Positions 9,653-20,278 are shown, numbered from the stretch's first letter. The stretch is 64,000 bases of DNA from an uncultured Gemmatimonadales bacterium (GCA_963798845.1 CAWCUS010000002.1:736001-800000); one strand, 5' to 3'. The notes: a model not told the origin generated them from the sequence alone. Program-made: numbers and translations.

Positions 9653-11485
9653 ATGGAAGTCATCAAGAAGAGCTACGCGCTCCTCAGCCGGAGAAAGCGC
9701 CTGGAGCTCCTGGGCGTCTTCCTGAGCACCGTCCTCATGGGGCTGGTGTCGGTCGCGGGCGTCGCCTCGATCATGCCGTTCATGGCCGTGGTGGCGAATC
9801 CGGCGGTGGTGGAGACGAACCGCTGGCTCTCGTGGGGCTACACGACCTTCGGCTTCACCAGCCACAGGGCGTTCCTCTCCGCCCTCGGCGTGCTGACGCT
9901 CGCCGTGATCGCGGTCAGCAACGGGTTGAGCGCGTTCAACGCCTGGATGGTGGCGCGCTTCCAGTACGGCCTCAATCACGAGCTGTCCTGTGAGCTCCTG
10001 AAGACCTACCTCGACCAGTCCTACGCGTTCTACCTCGACCGCAACTCCTCGAAGCTGGCGAAGAACGTCCTTTCCGAGGTCTCCGCGGTGGTCAACGGGG
10101 TGGTGGCTCCGCTGGCGGACCTGTTCGCAAAGCTCCTGGTCACGCTCTTCCTGCTCGCCCTCCTGCTCTGGGTGGACGTCGCCCTCGCCCTGCTCGTCGC
10201 CGCCCTGACCGCCTCCCTGTACGGAGGCGTCTACATCGCGGTGCGCCGTCGGCAGACCGCCCTGGGACAGCAGCGCCTGAAGTCGAACACGGAGCGCTAC
10301 CGCGCCGCCAACGAGGCGTTCGGCGGCATCAAGGACGTCAAGGTGCTGGGGCGCGAGGCGACCTTCCTGCGGGAGTTCGAAGGGCCGTCGGACCGCTTCG
10401 CGCGCGCCAACGCGTCCAACACGGTGGTCAGTCAGATCCCGAAGTTCGCGCTCGAAACCGTGGCGTTCGGCGGCATCCTGGTGATCGTCCTGTATCTGCT
10501 CCGGTCCTACCAGGACCTGGGCCAGGTCCTGCCGGTGGTCACCCTGTACGCGTTCGCGGCGTACCGGCTGATGCCGGCCTTTCAGGTCATGTTCTCCTCG
10601 CTGACGAAGGCCCGCTTCAACACCGCGGCGCTCGACGACCTGTACGCCGACCTGGTGGGGGAGCGCCTCTCGGACGAACGGGAGGGGCTGCTGGAGGAAG
10701 GGGAAGACGCAGCGCGTGCGGTTTCGGGAGGCGTCCGATTCGAGCGGCACATAGAAGTCAGGGGGCTCACGTTCACATACCCCGGCGCGCCGGCCCCCGC
10801 GCTGAAGAGCATATCCATGTCGATCCCGCGCAACAGCACGGTCGGCCTGGTCGGACACACCGGCGCCGGGAAGACCACGCTGGCGGATCTCCTCCTGGGT
10901 CTCTACCAGCCGAGCGGAGGCGACATCCTGGTGGATGGGGTCCCCGTAACCGGCGACAGGCTCTTCTCCTGGCGTCGCCGGATCGGCTACGTGCCACAGC
11001 AGATCTTCCTCGCGGACAACACGATACGGCGCAACATCGCCTTCGGCATACCCGAGCGCGAGATCGACGATGCTAGAATGGTCCGCGCGGCCAGGATCGC
11101 GCACCTGGACGAGTTCGTGCAGACCCTGCCGGCCGCGTACGACACGGTCGTCGGAGACCGGGGCGTCCGGCTGTCGGGCGGGCAGCGCCAGCGGGTCGGC
11201 ATCGCTCGCGCCCTCTATGACGACCCGGACGTCCTCATCATGGATGAGGCGACCAGCGCGCTGGACAACGTGACCGAGAACGCGGTCATGGAGGCCATCC
11301 ACGAGCTCTCGGGGCGGAAGACCATGGTCCTGGTCGCCCACCGGCTGACCACCGTTCAGGATTGCGACCGGATCTTCCTCCTCCAGGACGGCCGGCTCGC
11401 CGCTGCCGGCACCTACGATGACCTCATGGGCGCGAGCGAGTCGTTCCGCGCCCTGGTCGGCGCCGGCGCTCGCACACGCCGATAG
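9653..11485 (+). CDS. ABC transporter ATP-binding/permease (PglK/HepA-like glycolipid flippase)
   Basis: N-terminal TM domain with GVASIMPF; Walker A GHTGAGKT, signature LSGGQRQR, Walker B LIMDEATSALD. ATG at 9653. Confidence 0.9.
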   Translation: MEVIKKSYALLSRRKRLELLGVFLSTVLMGLVSVAGVASIMPFMAVVANPAVVETNRWLSWGYTTFGFTSHRAFLSALGVLTLAVIAVSNGLSAFNAWMVARFQYGLNHELSCELLKTYLDQSYAFYLDRNSSKLAKNVLSEVSAVVNGVVAPLADLFAKLLVTLFLLALLLWVDVALALLVAALTASLYGGVYIAVRRRQTALGQQRLKSNTERYRAANEAFGGIKDVKVLGREATFLREFEGPSDRFARANASNTVVSQIPKFALETVAFGGILVIVLYLLRSYQDLGQVLPVVTLYAFAAYRLMPAFQVMFSSLTKARFNTAALDDLYADLVGERLSDEREGLLEEGEDAARAVSGGVRFERHIEVRGLTFTYPGAPAPALKSISMSIPRNSTVGLVGHTGAGKTTLADLLLGLYQPSGGDILVDGVPVTGDRLFSWRRRIGYVPQQIFLADNTIRRNIAFGIPEREIDDARMVRAARIAHLDEFVQTLPAAYDTVVGDRGVRLSGGQRQRVGIARALYDDPDVLIMDEATSALDNVTENAVMEAIHELSGRKTMVLVAHRLTTVQDCDRIFLLQDGRLAAAGTYDDLMGASESFRALVGAGARTRR

Positions 11486-11493
11486 GAGGGCTG

Positions 11494-12330
11494 ATGCGGC
11501 GCTTCTTCATCGTCGGGATTCCGCGCTCGGGAACGACACTGCTGCAGAGCATCCTGGCCGCTCATCCGCGGATCCAGTCGTTTCCCGAGTCCCATTTCTT
11601 CGTGGACCTGCGGCCCCACGGCATCCTCCGCCAAACCGGGCTCTCGTCCCGGGCTTCGGTCTCGAGACTCCGCGACTTCCTGCGCGACGCGGGCCGTCAG
11701 GACCTTGCCGACGGGCTCCCCCGCACCCTTCCGCTCGCCCGCTCGAGAGCGCGCCTGTTCGTCGCGCTGCTCGACCGCATGGCGGCGGAAGCGGGCGCTG
11801 CCGCGTGGGTCGAGAAGACCCCCCGCCATCTGCATTTCATTCCCACCATCGAGCGTTTCGTCCCGGATGCACGGTTCATCCACCTGCTGCGCCGCGGCGA
11901 GGACGTGGTGGCTTCGCTCTACGACGTCACGCGACGGTACCCGGATCAATGGGGCGGTCCCCGGCCTGTCGATGCATGTGTCCAGCGCTGGCTGGAAGGC
12001 GTACGGATCAGCTTCCGCCGGCGGACCGATCCGCGGCACCTGCTGCTCTCCTACGAGGTGCTGGCGACGGATCCCGATACCGCCCTTCGGGAGATGAGCC
12101 AGTTCATGGGCATCGAGCTCGCGGCCGACCTCGTGCACCGCCGCGCCGACTCGACGGCCGGCCTGGGGCTGGCCCGCGAGCCATGGAAGAGCGGGGTGAG
12201 CGGGCACCTCCGCAACGCGGATGGCTCCAGGTTCTCCACCCTCTTCGAGGCGGCCGAGCGGGCGCGCATCCGGGACGCACTCCGCGCCTCGGAGGAGCGC
12301 CTGCGCACCCACTTCGAGGTTGGGCGATGA
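11494..12330 (+). CDS. Sulfotransferase (Sulfotransfer_3-like)
   Basis: 5'-PSB loop GIPRSGTTLL, ESHFF, WVEKTPRH, RRGEDVVAS, LSYEVL. Confidence 0.9.
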   Translation: MRRFFIVGIPRSGTTLLQSILAAHPRIQSFPESHFFVDLRPHGILRQTGLSSRASVSRLRDFLRDAGRQDLADGLPRTLPLARSRARLFVALLDRMAAEAGAAAWVEKTPRHLHFIPTIERFVPDARFIHLLRRGEDVVASLYDVTRRYPDQWGGPRPVDACVQRWLEGVRISFRRRTDPRHLLLSYEVLATDPDTALREMSQFMGIELAADLVHRRADSTAGLGLAREPWKSGVSGHLRNADGSRFSTLFEAAERARIRDALRASEERLRTHFEVGR

Positions 12331-13406
12331 GGGTCCTCATCCCCTTCCACGCGCCCGACGCCGCCCTCATCCACGATCTGGCCGCGGCGTTGCGCTCCCG
12401 GCCCGACATCGACGCGGTCGACGTCTCGCTGGATCGATTCTGGGACGCCGACCTGGAACGCCCGACCTCCACGACGCCCGACGTGGTCGCGGTCCACTGG
12501 CCCGAAGCATTCTTCCGCTGGCAGGAGCCGGACGGCGACGCGGTGCGGCGGCTGTCGAGCCGGCTTCGAGCGTGGAAGAGGCACGCATGCCTGATCGCCA
12601 CGGCCCACAACTGGGGCGTCCACTACCGCGAGAGCGAGCAGTTCGACGCCCTGTTCCGCGCCGTTTACGACGAGATCGACGGGCTGATCCACTTCGGAGA
12701 GGCCTCGGTCGAGGCCTTCCAACACCGCTTCCCGGCGTTGCGTGACACGCCCGCGGCGGTCATTCCGCTCCCGGTGTACGGTCGCTCGTTCCGGAAACGA
12801 TGGGACCAGGAAGAGGCGCGCGCGGTGCTGGGCGTGCGCCAGGACGCTTTCGTCTGCCTGTCGCTCGGGAAGCTCCGCCACGACCGGGAGCTGGTGCTGC
12901 TGCTCGACGGGTTCCGCGGGTTGAAGCACCCGCGCAAGCAGCTGATCATCGCCGGGCGCGCGCGGCCGCCGCGCGGAATCCTGCGGCGGTGGTGGCGCCT
13001 CGCCGTCCTCAAGTGGCATCCGCGCGTGCGCACCCGGCTCGGCTCGCACATCCCCAACGACGAGGTATGCCAGTGGGTGAGCGCGGCGGACGTCGTCGTG
13101 ATTCCGCGCTACGCAGTGCTCAACTCCGGCAGCGTGCCCCTGGGCTTCATGTTCGGGAAGGTCGTGGTCGGTCCCGATTCGGGAGTGGTGGGGGAAGTGC
13201 TCGCGGAGACGGGGAACCCTCGCTTCGTGCCCGGCGACCCGGAGGCGCTCGCACGGGCCCTGCAGCATGCCGTTGACCTCGTGGCGGAGGGACAGGGGGA
13301 GGCGAATCGTCGCCATTCGTCCGAGCACTGGAGCCTCCCGCGGGTGGCCGAACAGACAGCCGGGTTCTACGAGCGGGTGCTGAGCCGGAGGAGGCTCCCG
13401 TCGTGA
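12327..13406 (+). CDS. Glycosyltransferase family 4-like
   Basis: VHWPE, TAHN, AADVVVIPR...NSGSVPLGFMFGK. ATGA overlap with the sulfotransferase. Confidence 0.75.
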   Translation: MRVLIPFHAPDAALIHDLAAALRSRPDIDAVDVSLDRFWDADLERPTSTTPDVVAVHWPEAFFRWQEPDGDAVRRLSSRLRAWKRHACLIATAHNWGVHYRESEQFDALFRAVYDEIDGLIHFGEASVEAFQHRFPALRDTPAAVIPLPVYGRSFRKRWDQEEARAVLGVRQDAFVCLSLGKLRHDRELVLLLDGFRGLKHPRKQLIIAGRARPPRGILRRWWRLAVLKWHPRVRTRLGSHIPNDEVCQWVSAADVVVIPRYAVLNSGSVPLGFMFGKVVVGPDSGVVGEVLAETGNPRFVPGDPEALARALQHAVDLVAEGQGEANRRHSSEHWSLPRVAEQTAGFYERVLSRRRLPS

Positions 13407-14179
13407 CGATCGTGCACTGCTCCTATCACAAGTGCCTCACCGTCTACTACCAGCGGGTGATGGGGGCGATCTGCAACTCCCGGTTCCGCAGGCCGCTGGA
13501 CCGGCACGTCCTGCGGCGCCCCGCAGGATACCGTCACTTCCACAGCCGCCTGGACCATTTCTACGAGAATCTCGGACGCTACCGAGCGCTCTCCGTGAAC
13601 AACCATGCTCTCGACCTGGAGCGCCTCGGCGACGACGTCCGGATCAGCCGCTTCATCCGCGATCCGCGAGACCTGGTCGTCTCCGGCTACTTCTATCACC
13701 GCAACGGAACCGAAGCGTGGAGCACCGTGGTCGATCCCTCCCCCGAGGACTGGCGGATCGTGAATGGCACGATTCCGTCGGGCATGCGGCCGGGGGAGTC
13801 GTATTCGGGCTATCTCCAGCGCCTCCCCAGGGAGAAGGGGCTCATGGCCGAGGTGGAGTTCCGCGGCGGCCATTTCCGCTCGATGCGGGAGTGGCCCGCG
13901 TCGCATCCCCGCGTCCGGACGTTCCACTACGAGGACGTGCTCGGCAACGAGCGCGCGGTGTTCCGTCGGATGTTCTCGTTCTATGGCGTGTCGTACCCCG
14001 AGCGCGAGGCGGCCGGTTTCCTGGCCTGGCGCAACTCGGCTCGTCGGCAGGCCCGGCGAACCGCGCACATCCGCAACCCGAAAGCGGGGCAGTGGCGGAA
14101 GCATTTCACGCCCGCCGTGAGCGCCTGTCTCGACGAACGCCACCCCGGGCTCCTCGATCACGTGGAGCGTTCCCGATGA
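13403..14179 (+). CDS. Sulfotransferase-domain protein
   Basis: HCSYHKCLT (degenerate 5'-PSB), IRDPRDLVVSGYFYH (3'-PB), YED, HIRNPKAGQW. Confidence 0.8.
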   Translation: MTIVHCSYHKCLTVYYQRVMGAICNSRFRRPLDRHVLRRPAGYRHFHSRLDHFYENLGRYRALSVNNHALDLERLGDDVRISRFIRDPRDLVVSGYFYHRNGTEAWSTVVDPSPEDWRIVNGTIPSGMRPGESYSGYLQRLPREKGLMAEVEFRGGHFRSMREWPASHPRVRTFHYEDVLGNERAVFRRMFSFYGVSYPEREAAGFLAWRNSARRQARRTAHIRNPKAGQWRKHFTPAVSACLDERHPGLLDHVERSR

Positions 14180-15033
14180 GCGCGGTCGGCACGGGGTGGA
14201 TCCGGGCGGGGGCGACACGCTTCAAGCGCGCGCTCCCGATCCCGCTCAAGCGGGCGGGGCTCCGGGCCGCGCACCCCGCCGTCATCGCGGCGCAGTGGAC
14301 GCACTACCGGCGCCGCTTGAGGCGCGCGACACCCGTGCTCGTCCACCACATGGGGAAAGTGGGATCCACGTCGACCCACAGGACCGTGGCCGCGGCATGG
14401 CCAGGCGTCGTGCTCAAGGCGCACAGGTTCCCGGACCACGAGGACTGGCGCGTCCGCGACCTGTACCGGCGGACCGTGGAGCGAGGGCTCCCGTTGAAGG
14501 TGATCTCGCTCGCGCGCGAGCCGATCGCGCGGAACGTGTCCACGTTCTTCCAGGTCTTCGATCGCGTCACAGGCGTTCGCTTCGCGGACTCCGACTTCTC
14601 CGTGGCGGAGCTCCGGCGGATGTTCCTGTCCAACCTCGACCACTCCGTCCCGCTCGAGTGGTTCGATCGCAACACGAACCGCTTCTTCGGCATCGACGTG
14701 TATTCGGCGCCCTTCCCGGCTGCGGGCCACCTGAGGCTGTCGAAGGGCAACGTGGACCTCCTCCTCCTGAGACTCGAGTGCCCCGACGACGTGAAGCTCC
14801 AGGCGATTCGCGAGTTCCTCGACCTGCCGGAGCTGCACATGCTTCGAGACAACGTCGGTGAGCGGAAGGTCTATCGTGACACCTACGACCGATTCAAGGC
14901 CGAAGTCACGCTCCCCGCCGAGTACGTGGACGCCATGTGCGGCTCGCGCTACTCCCGGCACTTCTATTCCCCACTGGAGATCCAGGCGGTGCGCGAGAGC
15001 TGGCTGGAACCGCAGCGAGCGGAGGGATCGTGA
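14176..15033 (+). CDS. Putative capsular polysaccharide synthesis protein (NKWYS-like, sulfotransferase fold)
   Basis: HMGKVGSTS, REPIARNVSTFFQ, PLEWFD, GIDVY..PF, LLLRLE, NVGERKVY. Confidence 0.75.
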   Translation: MSAVGTGWIRAGATRFKRALPIPLKRAGLRAAHPAVIAAQWTHYRRRLRRATPVLVHHMGKVGSTSTHRTVAAAWPGVVLKAHRFPDHEDWRVRDLYRRTVERGLPLKVISLAREPIARNVSTFFQVFDRVTGVRFADSDFSVAELRRMFLSNLDHSVPLEWFDRNTNRFFGIDVYSAPFPAAGHLRLSKGNVDLLLLRLECPDDVKLQAIREFLDLPELHMLRDNVGERKVYRDTYDRFKAEVTLPAEYVDAMCGSRYSRHFYSPLEIQAVRESWLEPQRAEGS

Positions 15034-15851
15034 GGCGCCGGCGAGGGGTGCGGTGGTCGCTTCTCCGCTCGGCCAGGAAGAGAGTGGAAGGGTCGCTCGG
15101 CGTGCGCGTCACCCGGGCGGTGAGCGGCAGCGTGGAGGCGCTGGCGGCGCTGCGCAGTCTCGGAGCGGGCGCGACGGTGATCGTCGATGCGGGTGCGAAC
15201 GACGGCCGGAGCGCAGTTCGCCTTGCGGCTGCGTATCCGGACGCGAGCATCTACTCCCTCGAGCCGGTGGAGTCGACCTACCGTGAGCTCGTCCGCAACA
15301 CGCGCCACCTCGCCTCCGTTCGCTGTTACCCCCTGGGTCTCGGCTCCGCACCGGGGACCGCGGAGATCTTCATCAACGAGCAGGCGACGCGGAACTCGCT
15401 GCACCCCGGCTTCGGCTCGGCTACGCGCTCGGAGGAGATCGAGCTGGTCACGCTGGACGGGTTCCTGGAGGCCGAAGGCATTTCCACGGTGGACCTGCTG
15501 AAGGTGGACACCGAAGGCCACGATCTCGAAGTGCTGAAGGGGGCGACCCGCGCGCTTTCGGAGGGGCGAATCCGCGCGATCCAGGTGGAGGTCGGGTTCG
15601 GCCAGGGCGCGGCCGAGCTTCCCCGTCTCGGCGACTTCGTTCGCTTCCTCAACCGCTTCGACTGCTATCTCCTGGGCGTCTACAACCAGTGTCGTTCCCC
15701 CCGCCGTCCACGGGAGGGCGACGGTACACCGGCCACGCCGCCGGGCGTGCTCATCTACGGCGACGCCCTCTTCGCTTGCCGGTCGCTCCTGGAAGCGTGG
15801 TCGGCGGAGCAGATCCCCGCCAGACGGAGGTCATGGTGGCGGACGCGCTGA
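15030..15851 (+). CDS. FkbM family methyltransferase
   Basis: VDAGANDG, SLEP, TLDGF, DLLKVDTEGHDLEVLKGA. Confidence 0.9.
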   Translation: MRRRRGVRWSLLRSARKRVEGSLGVRVTRAVSGSVEALAALRSLGAGATVIVDAGANDGRSAVRLAAAYPDASIYSLEPVESTYRELVRNTRHLASVRCYPLGLGSAPGTAEIFINEQATRNSLHPGFGSATRSEEIELVTLDGFLEAEGISTVDLLKVDTEGHDLEVLKGATRALSEGRIRAIQVEVGFGQGAAELPRLGDFVRFLNRFDCYLLGVYNQCRSPRRPREGDGTPATPPGVLIYGDALFACRSLLEAWSAEQIPARRRSWWRTR

Positions 15852-17101
15852 GCTCCCGGCCTTCGTGGCGGCGTCTGCTGAATGCCGGCATGAATCGGCT
15901 CGTCCGACATTCCGGCATCCACCCGGAGCGCTTCGGGTATCGCTGGGTCCCTCGCGAGACGCCCGGCCGGCACGTGTCGCGCACGGGCCGTGGCTCGTAC
16001 ACGGTCGTGGAGCCGGCCGGGCGCCGCCCGGCGGCCCTTCCGAGGAACATCGCGGAGAGGGAGGCGCTGCCGCGGGAGAGAAGGGCCTGGGGACTGTCGC
16101 TCCACGACGTCCCCGACCGGGCCGTGCCGCCCACGTACATCGCCACGGTGCCGGGCGCCCGGATCGCGACCTGGACGGCCCGGGGTCGGAACAACCGATA
16201 CTTCGCCGTCCTCACCTCCGACGGTCGGCGCCTGTCGTTTCCCGGCGAGACGTTCCGGCCGGCGCACGCCGGCATCTTCACGTCCGACCGGCCGATCCGG
16301 CGAATCCGGCGGGCGTCATGGGTGCTCCAGCCGTCGTACATGAACTTTTCGATCTGGCTCCGGGCGCACCTGCCGAAGGTCCTCCTGCTGCAGGAGCACG
16401 GACTTGCAGACGACATCCTGCTCCCACCCGACGACGGCATGTTCCCCGGTCGCAGCAGCCACGTCCAGGGGCATCACCCGTATCGGGACATGATCGTGCC
16501 CACGCTGCGCCGCCTGGGGCTCGAGCCCGAGCGGATGCAGCACCACGACGCTGGCGCGATCCTGGAGGTCGACGAGCTCACGGTGGTCGGAATGGACGTC
16601 TTCCCGGTCCGCTGGCTCGCGCGCCAGCGGGAGGCCTTCCGTCCGTCGGATGCCGTGAACCCGGAGCGCCGGATCTACATCAGCCGCGCGCGTTCCCGCG
16701 GCCGGCGGCTGCACGACGAGGACGCGGTGTGGCCGGTGCTCAGGGACCGTGGCTTCGAGTACGTCCTCATGGAAGAGCTGACGCTCGATGCCCAGGTACG
16801 GCTGATGGCGGAGGCGCGGGTCGTGTTCGGGACCCACGGGGCCGGACTGACGAACACGCTCTTCTGCCCTGCCGGTGCCCACGTGATCGAGGTGCTCGAT
16901 CCGGAGTTCCCATGCCCGAACTTCTACGGGCTGAGCGCGGCCACGAGCCACCCCTACTGGCTGCTGTGGGGCGAGCCCGTGGGAGCGGCCCCGGCGCCCT
17001 GGCGGCCGCTCGCGCTCGATCCCGGTCGACTGTCCCGGCTCCTGGACCGGCTCGAGCGGGAGGATGACGCGGCTTCACCGGCCCGGCCCCTCGCGCCATG
17101 A
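15833..17101 (+). CDS. Glycosyltransferase family 61 (DUF563)
   Basis: RRIYISR..RR..DE, MEELTLDAQVRLM..A.VV.GTHGAGLTNTLFC, VIEV. Confidence 0.85.
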   Translation: MVADALSSRPSWRRLLNAGMNRLVRHSGIHPERFGYRWVPRETPGRHVSRTGRGSYTVVEPAGRRPAALPRNIAEREALPRERRAWGLSLHDVPDRAVPPTYIATVPGARIATWTARGRNNRYFAVLTSDGRRLSFPGETFRPAHAGIFTSDRPIRRIRRASWVLQPSYMNFSIWLRAHLPKVLLLQEHGLADDILLPPDDGMFPGRSSHVQGHHPYRDMIVPTLRRLGLEPERMQHHDAGAILEVDELTVVGMDVFPVRWLARQREAFRPSDAVNPERRIYISRARSRGRRLHDEDAVWPVLRDRGFEYVLMEELTLDAQVRLMAEARVVFGTHGAGLTNTLFCPAGAHVIEVLDPEFPCPNFYGLSAATSHPYWLLWGEPVGAAPAPWRPLALDPGRLSRLLDRLEREDDAASPARPLAP

Positions 17102-18072
17102 ACGACCCCAGGGTTTCCGTGGTGATCCCGTGCCACGACGGCGAGGAGCACCTGGGCGACACCATCGTGTCCGTGCTGCGTCAGGGGCACGCCGCCCACG
17201 AGATCATCGTCGCCGACGATGCTTCCACCGATGGCAGCGCTGCCATCGCGAGGGCCTTCGGCCAGCCCGTGCGCGTCCTCGAGCTGGCGCGGGGCGGCGC
17301 TCCGAAGGCGCGAAACCGCGGCGCCGCGGCGGCCACGGGAGAAGCGTTGATCTTCCTGGACGCCGATGACGTGCTCGGCCCGGGGACGCTGCGCGCGCTG
17401 GTGGACGCCCTGGCGGAGGCCCCCGCGGGCCTCGCCGCGTGCCGCTGGCTCCGCCTGGAGCCGGATCCGGCCGGCGGCTGGACTCCGGCTCCCGCTTCCG
17501 TGCGCTCGCTCCGGCACGGCGAGGACCTGCTGCGGGCGTGGCTGTCCGGCTGGTACTGCCCGCCGTGCGCGGTGCTGTGGTCGCGCGACGCGTTCGAGCG
17601 GATCGGCCCGTGGGACGAGGCGCTGGTCGCGAACCAGGACGGCGACATGATGATGCGCGCTCTCGCGAGCGGAGTCCCGCTCGTTCGAACGGAAGCCGGC
17701 GCCGCTTTCTACCGGCGCGCCCGCGCCGGCGGGGCCTCGGTCAGCGCCCGCCGGAACAGCCAGGAAGGCCTCCGCTCCCGCATGCGCGTGCTCGACCGTG
17801 TCGCCCGCATCCTCGCCCGCGACGGTACGCTCGACGCGTACCGCCAGGCCCTGGGCATGGCGTACGACGACCTCCGCCGGCTCGTCCCCCCTGGAGACGA
17901 TGAGCTCGCCCGCGCGCTCGAGGGGCGGGCCCGGATCCATGCGGGGCCCCGCCCGCTGCGCGTCGGGCTCCGACTCGTGGATGGCGCCCTCGCCACCGCA
18001 CGACGCGTCCCCCGTCTCCTGCGAGACCCGATCGCGGTCGCGAGCCGGCGCCTGCACCGGGAGCGGCGATGA
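17098..18072 (+). CDS. Glycosyltransferase family 2
   Basis: VSVVIPCHD, DDASTD, ARNRG, FLDADD, WDEAL..QDGD. Confidence 0.9.
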   Translation: MNDPRVSVVIPCHDGEEHLGDTIVSVLRQGHAAHEIIVADDASTDGSAAIARAFGQPVRVLELARGGAPKARNRGAAAATGEALIFLDADDVLGPGTLRALVDALAEAPAGLAACRWLRLEPDPAGGWTPAPASVRSLRHGEDLLRAWLSGWYCPPCAVLWSRDAFERIGPWDEALVANQDGDMMMRALASGVPLVRTEAGAAFYRRARAGGASVSARRNSQEGLRSRMRVLDRVARILARDGTLDAYRQALGMAYDDLRRLVPPGDDELARALEGRARIHAGPRPLRVGLRLVDGALATARRVPRLLRDPIAVASRRLHRERR

Positions 18073-19035
18073 GCGATGTGAACACGGGCGTCGACGAAGC
18101 GGGCGGCCCGCCCGTCGTCACGGTCATCATCCCGACCCACGAGCGCGCCGAGCTCCTGGTCAGGGCCGTGGACAGCGTGCTCGCCCAGAGCTTCGGGGAT
18201 TTCGAGCTGGTGGTGGTGGACGACGCGTCCACGGATGACACGGCCGCGCGTCTGGCCACGCGCCGGGATCCGAGGATCCGGTACGTGCGGCTCGATCGCA
18301 ACGGGGGAGCCGGCGCCGCCCGCAACGAAGGCATGCGTCTCGCCCGCGGCAGATTCTTCGCCTTCCTCGACTCCGACGACGAGTGGCTCGCCGGCAAGCT
18401 GGAGGCCCAGCTCGACCGCTTCCGGAACGCCGGACCGGGTACGGGGCTGGTGTATACCGGGATCGAGCGGGTAACCGAGACCGATGGGAGGGAGGAGATC
18501 CGGCCCGCCCACAGGGGCATGGTCATGACGGCGCTGCTCCTCGAGAACGTCCTCCTCGGCGGAGGCTCATCCGTCATGATCCGGAGACGGGTTTGGGACG
18601 AGGTGGGCGGATTCGACCCGACACTCCCGGCCATGGAGGACCTGGACTACTGGGTTCGGATCGCGCGTCGCTTCCCGGTGGAGTTCGTGGCCGAGCCGCT
18701 CGTTCGCTGGCACGACCATTCTCCGCTGCGATCGGCGGTCCCGGGACCTGGCCGAGAACCTGCGTGCCAGGGATCTCTTCTTCCACCGGTACCGGCGGGA
18801 GATGGAAGAGGTAGGCGTGGCGCACCGGTACCTGTACTACAGCATCCGCCGCCATCTGACGAGCAGGCACTGGGACGCGGAAGGGGCGAGGCGGCTGGGA
18901 TGGGTGGCCGCGCGGATCTCGCCGCTGAGCCTCCCGTCGTACGGCTACCTGCTGATGTCGCTCGTGCCGGGGCGGCTCTATCGCGCGGCGGCGGGGGTGA
19001 AGCGGAGGCTTCAGGAGCGGCTCGCCCATGGGTGA
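18069..19035 (+). CDS. Glycosyltransferase family 2, with a +1 frameshift at ~18723
   Basis: VIIPTHER, DDASTD, FLDSDD, GGFD...EDLDYW. A protein-like C-terminus (DRRSRDLAENLRARDLFF...) continues in the next frame and stops at 19035, overlapping the next ATG. Confidence 0.8.
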
Positions 19036-20278
19036 CGGCCTGCTGCTGTTCACTGCGGAGTTCCCGTTCGGCAACGGGGAGCCGTACCTGGAGGACGAGA
19101 TCGCCTATCTCGCCGCCCGGTTCCCCAGCGTCGTGATCGTGCCGCGCGGCACCCCGGGGACGCGCCGATCCCTGCCGGAGAACGTCCGCGTGGATGGCAG
19201 CCTGGCCGCGCTGCACGGGCGGAGGACCGCCGCCAGGACGGTGCTTCGGCTCCTCCGGTGGCGGGGGACGTACGAGCAGATCGTGCGGCACGCTGGCGCG
19301 TTGCGGCGGCGAGGCGCCACCCGACGGGTGCTGGAACACGCGGCGGGGACGCTCCGCGTGCAGCAGTGGCTGCGGAGGAACCAGCGGCGGCTCGCGGCGG
19401 AAACGGCCGTGGCGTACGCGTACTGGCTGCACACGGAGGCCGCGGCCCTGGTCCGGTCGCGACGGTTCTTCCCGGGGATCGCGGTGGTGGCGCGGGCCCA
19501 TGGCTTCGACCTCTACCACGAGCGGACGGACCCGCCGATCCAGCCGTTCCAGCTCGCCACGGTGATGGGGATCGACCGGGTGTTCACGGTTTCGGACCAC
19601 GGTTGCCGCTACCTGACCGCCCGCTACCCCGCAGCGACGGATCGAGTGGAGACGCGGCGCCTCGGTGTCCCGGATCCCGGATTCGTGACCGCCCGCTCGG
19701 AGGACGGTCGGTTCCGCGTGGTCTCCTGCTCGGCGATCCGGCCCGTGAAGCGCCTGGAGCGGCTGGTGGATGCGCTCGCCATCCTGGGACGGGGGCACCC
19801 GAACCTGAGGGTCGAGTGGGACCACCTGGGGGACGGCGAGTCCGGCGCAGGGATCATCGCGCGGGCGCGCAGCACGCTCCCTGCGACGGTTCGGGCGACG
19901 TTCCACGGTCAGCTGCCACGGGATCGAGTCCTCCGCTACTACCGACGCCACCCGGTCGACGTGTTCGTGAACGTGAGCGAGTCGGAGGGAGCGCCCGTTT
20001 CCATCATGGAGGCGCTGAGCTTCGGGATCCCCGTGGTGGCACCGGCGGTGGGCGGGATTCCGGAAATCGTCGCGGACGGAGCCGGCGTCCTCATGTCGTC
20101 CGCGCCAGCGGGATCCGAGGTGGCCAGCGCACTGCGGGCCGTGCGCAGCGAGGACCGATTCCGCGCCGCCGATGGGCGCGCGCTCTGGGCAAGGCGATAC
20201 AGCGCCCCGGTGAACTACGCCCGTTTCGCCGCCGAGCTGCACGGCCTCCGGGGGCGCGTGCCGCTGGAGGCGCGGTGA
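19028..20278 (+). CDS. Glycosyltransferase family 4
   Basis: FTAEFPFGNGEPYLEDE, ARAHGFDLY, VKR, NVSESEGAPVSIMEALSFGIPVVA. Confidence 0.9.
   Translation: MGDGLLLFTAEFPFGNGEPYLEDEIAYLAARFPSVVIVPRGTPGTRRSLPENVRVDGSLAALHGRRTAARTVLRLLRWRGTYEQIVRHAGALRRRGATRRVLEHAAGTLRVQQWLRRNQRRLAAETAVAYAYWLHTEAAALVRSRRFFPGIAVVARAHGFDLYHERTDPPIQPFQLATVMGIDRVFTVSDHGCRYLTARYPAATDRVETRRLGVPDPGFVTARSEDGRFRVVSCSAIRPVKRLERLVDALAILGRGHPNLRVEWDHLGDGESGAGIIARARSTLPATVRATFHGQLPRDRVLRYYRRHPVDVFVNVSESEGAPVSIMEALSFGIPVVAPAVGGIPEIVADGAGVLMSSAPAGSEVASALRAVRSEDRFRAADGRALWARRYSAPVNYARFAAELHGLRGRVPLEAR

Noticed and set aside
11418..13406. 662-aa ORF and similar N-terminally extended ORFs (13432, 19258, 20694, 22518, 55809)
   Set aside because: The extensions are R/P/G-rich off-frame readings of the upstream gene. 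The real starts sit at stop/start overlaps.
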